Source: Elusimicrobiota bacterium (GTDB lineage Bacteria; CG03; SLGR01; JAGXOG01). Taken from it: a DNA stretch of 16,546 bases. Where the stretch lies: positions 1 through 16,546 of the forward strand of contig JBNJDT010000036.1 of assembly GCA_051745145.1 (NCBI GenBank), given 5' to 3'. Below are positions 14,655 to 16,546 of the stretch, one piece after another (the first letter of the stretch is position 1; every line of letters starts with the position of its first letter). The notes beneath the pieces are model-generated. The model had not been told where the DNA came from and ran no database searches. It saw nothing but the letters and a program-made list of their open reading frames with translations. The position numbers were made by a program, and so were the translations under genes.

Positions 14655-15087
14655 TTATAGGACTGTTATTTTTTTCCGTCTCTTCCCAATCTATTACCTG
14701 TCGGGCGTCATTTTCATGATCGGGAGGAACCCGGATAGTCAGAGGAACCGAAAGGCCAAGACGCCACTGAATCCCAGAATTAAAAAGATTTCTATTTTCA
14801 ATGTATACGGGAATGTTTTCGCTTTTGAGCCTGGCCGCCAGAAGTTGCACATCGGATAAATCAAGATAAGATTCATATACCGCCGGCCATTTATCTTTAT
14901 TATTATTTTCTTCTACCGGAGAACTGTATTCTGGCAGGGGATTTTTTCCCGAGAGCCTCTTAAAAAATAAAACGATAAGCAGTATTAACGGCAGGGGCAA
15001 AAAGATTAAATTAAAAGAAGCTATTATCAGGCCCGCAACAGCAATCCCCAATATCCACGGATGTCTAAAAATCTTAATTCTTTTCAT
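14641..15087 (-). CDS. Membrane protein with DUF2007-like (PII-like) domain
   Basis: N-terminal hydrophobic hairpin, then W..VY...VQLLAARLKSENIP...IRVP.D...ARQVI. Overlaps the downstream gene by 14 nt. Confidence 0.7.
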   Translation of the reverse strand: MKRIKIFRHPWILGIAVAGLIIASFNLIFLPLPLILLIVLFFKRLSGKNPLPEYSSPVEENNNKDKWPAVYESYLDLSDVQLLAARLKSENIPVYIENRNLFNSGIQWRLGLSVPLTIRVPPDHENDARQVIDWEETEKNNSPINEQD

Positions 15088-15162
15088 ATTTTTTAATTAA
15101 CCCTATTAAAATACCTCCGCTCCCCTTTAGTTAAGGTCATTTGTTCAGCTTTTTACGACCGG

Positions 15163-15741
15163 TTAATGCTCCTCTATAATTTCTTCAAGAGCGCCCCAGA
15201 ATTCGGATACGTCAAAGGGTTTTTCAAAAACTGCATGGGCTCCCATCTTCCTGGCCTTTTTAGCCATTTTATCTTCCAGATAGCCGGAAATAACAATTAT
15301 TTTAGGATTCCCCAGTTCCTTCCTCTTTTTCAATACATTTAATACCTGAAATCCATCCATTGCCGGCATTCTTATATCAAGGATAAGAAGAGAAATATTT
15401 TCTTTCCCCAGTATCGTTCCGGCTCTAAACCCGTTGGAAGCCTTAAAGATAATCGCATCTTCATATTTTTTCTTGATAACCTTTTCTACGGTATTTACGG
15501 TATCTTCATCATCATCGGTAATAAGAACTTTCAAAGTCTCCTTATTGGATTGCATTGAAAGCTTTTTCTTATCTATAAACTCATCAATATCCTTCTCCCG
15601 AACCATCAAATTACCCCGCGGAGTTTGAAAAGCATTTAACTTTTCTTTCTCAATCCAATTTTGGACTGATTCAATATCAATCCCGAGAAGTTTGGAGATA
15701 TCAGTTATACTATAAATATTCTCAATATTTTTATTTTTCAT
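15163..15741 (-). CDS. Response regulator with N-terminal excisionase-like HTH (HTH_17) and C-terminal receiver domain
   Basis: YSITDISKLLGI...VQNWI...LNAFQTPRG (HTH_17-like). REC motifs: LITDDD, LILDIRMP.MDG, ISG, EKPF. Confidence 0.88.
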   Translation of the reverse strand: MKNKNIENIYSITDISKLLGIDIESVQNWIEKEKLNAFQTPRGNLMVREKDIDEFIDKKKLSMQSNKETLKVLITDDDEDTVNTVEKVIKKKYEDAIIFKASNGFRAGTILGKENISLLILDIRMPAMDGFQVLNVLKKRKELGNPKIIVISGYLEDKMAKKARKMGAHAVFEKPFDVSEFWGALEEIIEEH

Positions 15742-16058
15742 TTTTATCCGTCCTTCTTTATAGTAAACTTCCGGCTACAAAATTGTACCTGGAAAATATT
15801 CCTTAACTATTAAAAACTGTATTCCGGCAAACGGTTGCCCGGTTCATATTATTATCCTATATTAATACATAAATGACAAAACATGTAACTACTGTCAAGT
15901 TCTTACCGTTAACCGGGCAGAACCAAAGTGTAACATACCCATTAAAACAAAAAAAATGGAAATAAACAACTAAGAATAAAGAAATAACGTTGATTCGGAC
16001 TGGATATACCACCATCTACCTTACACCTGGAGCAAATTATAGGCCTGATTCTCTATTT

Positions 16059-16087
16059 TTGCACCAGCCGATTAAAAATGTTAAAAT
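16059..16087 (+). promoter_or_regulatory. Putative sigma70-type promoter with extended -10
   Basis: TTGCAC (16059-16064), 17-bp spacer, TAAAAT (16082-16087) preceded by TG at 16079-16080; 10 nt upstream of ATG 16098. Confidence 0.5.
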
Positions 16088-16097
16088 AATTTGTGTA

Positions 16098-16436
16098 ATG
16101 TCCAAAGAAATAACATGTCAGGAATGTGAGCAGCCCATAAAAAAGAGGAGCCAGCTAGCTGTCGTGGGGAAAAACTTCTTAACCTTTCATCGAGAGTGTT
16201 ACAAAAATACCAGCGATTATTCCCAGTGGAAATTTTTGTTCGGTTTTTACCGGATAAACGGTCCCTTTACCTGGATTCTCATAGCCGGATTTGATTTTGT
16301 GTTTTTATTAACCTTTCTGGTATTCAACACAAATTCAAAGGACCTGTTGCTTATTATGCTTTTTTTTAATTTTGTTCTTTTAGGGATGAGACTAATTTCG
16401 TATCTTGCCTTTGAAACAAAATTACCAAAAAATTAA
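16098..16436 (+). CDS. Hypothetical membrane protein with N-terminal CxxC...HxxC zinc finger and two TM helices
   Basis: In frame with track ORF 15990-16436. ATG 16098 gives MSKEITCQECEQPI...FHRECY followed by two hydrophobic helices. A promoter-like element lies inside the longer TTG-started extension. Confidence 0.7.
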   Translation: MSKEITCQECEQPIKKRSQLAVVGKNFLTFHRECYKNTSDYSQWKFLFGFYRINGPFTWILIAGFDFVFLLTFLVFNTNSKDLLLIMLFFNFVLLGMRLISYLAFETKLPKN

Positions 16437-16546
16437 AATAGAGAAGATAACCTATCTCCTAACACATAAGCATATAAAAACAGAAATAACGTATTAAACA
16501 CAAATATTTAGACACATACCAGAGGCCAGATAATTGTATTCTATTT

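Noticed and set aside
11521..15628. Alternative-frame ORFs 11521-11796, 13383-13595, 13423-13638, 14012-14350, 14629-14859 and 15434-15628
   Set aside because: All overlap confidently assigned genes and lack independent evidence.
15560..15741. Excisionase-like HTH as evidence of a prophage or integrative element
   Set aside because: It is fused to a receiver domain, and no integrase, att sites or phage genes are visible.

Overview
AT-rich bacterial window with 16 supportable CDSs and no recognisable RNA genes, mobile elements or CRISPR arrays. The centrepiece (3469-10261, +) is an unusual AmmeMemoRadiSAM gene cluster that appears built to work outside the cytoplasm. It encodes: (1) a Memo(AmrB)-AMMECR1(AmrA) fusion with a lipoprotein-type signal peptide; (2) a lone tatA; (3) a 1165-aa polytopic membrane protein combining duplicated 6-TM repeats, a degenerate spermidine-synthase/SAM-binding fold, an FMN-binding domain and NosR/NapH-type Fe-S motifs; (4) a 96-aa membrane-anchored protein; (5) the radical SAM enzyme AmrS, which has no signal peptide; (6) a 50-aa twin-arginine peptide. 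Both small proteins flanking amrS end in the same KEAx(Y/F)YK motif, which resembles the N-terminal segment this AmrS lacks. This suggests a split enzyme exported by Tat hitch-hiking and docked on a membrane electron/SAM-supply module (inference). The rest of the window holds a GYF_2/zinc-ribbon/HtpX-like M48 protease fusion, a metallophosphoesterase, a GT9-membrane protein-sulfotransferase operon, a YbhB/YbcL lipoprotein with a possible internal start, a YgjP-like protein, a DUF2007 protein, an HTH-REC regulator and a small zinc-finger membrane protein. All family calls come from motif recognition by eye; no searches were run.
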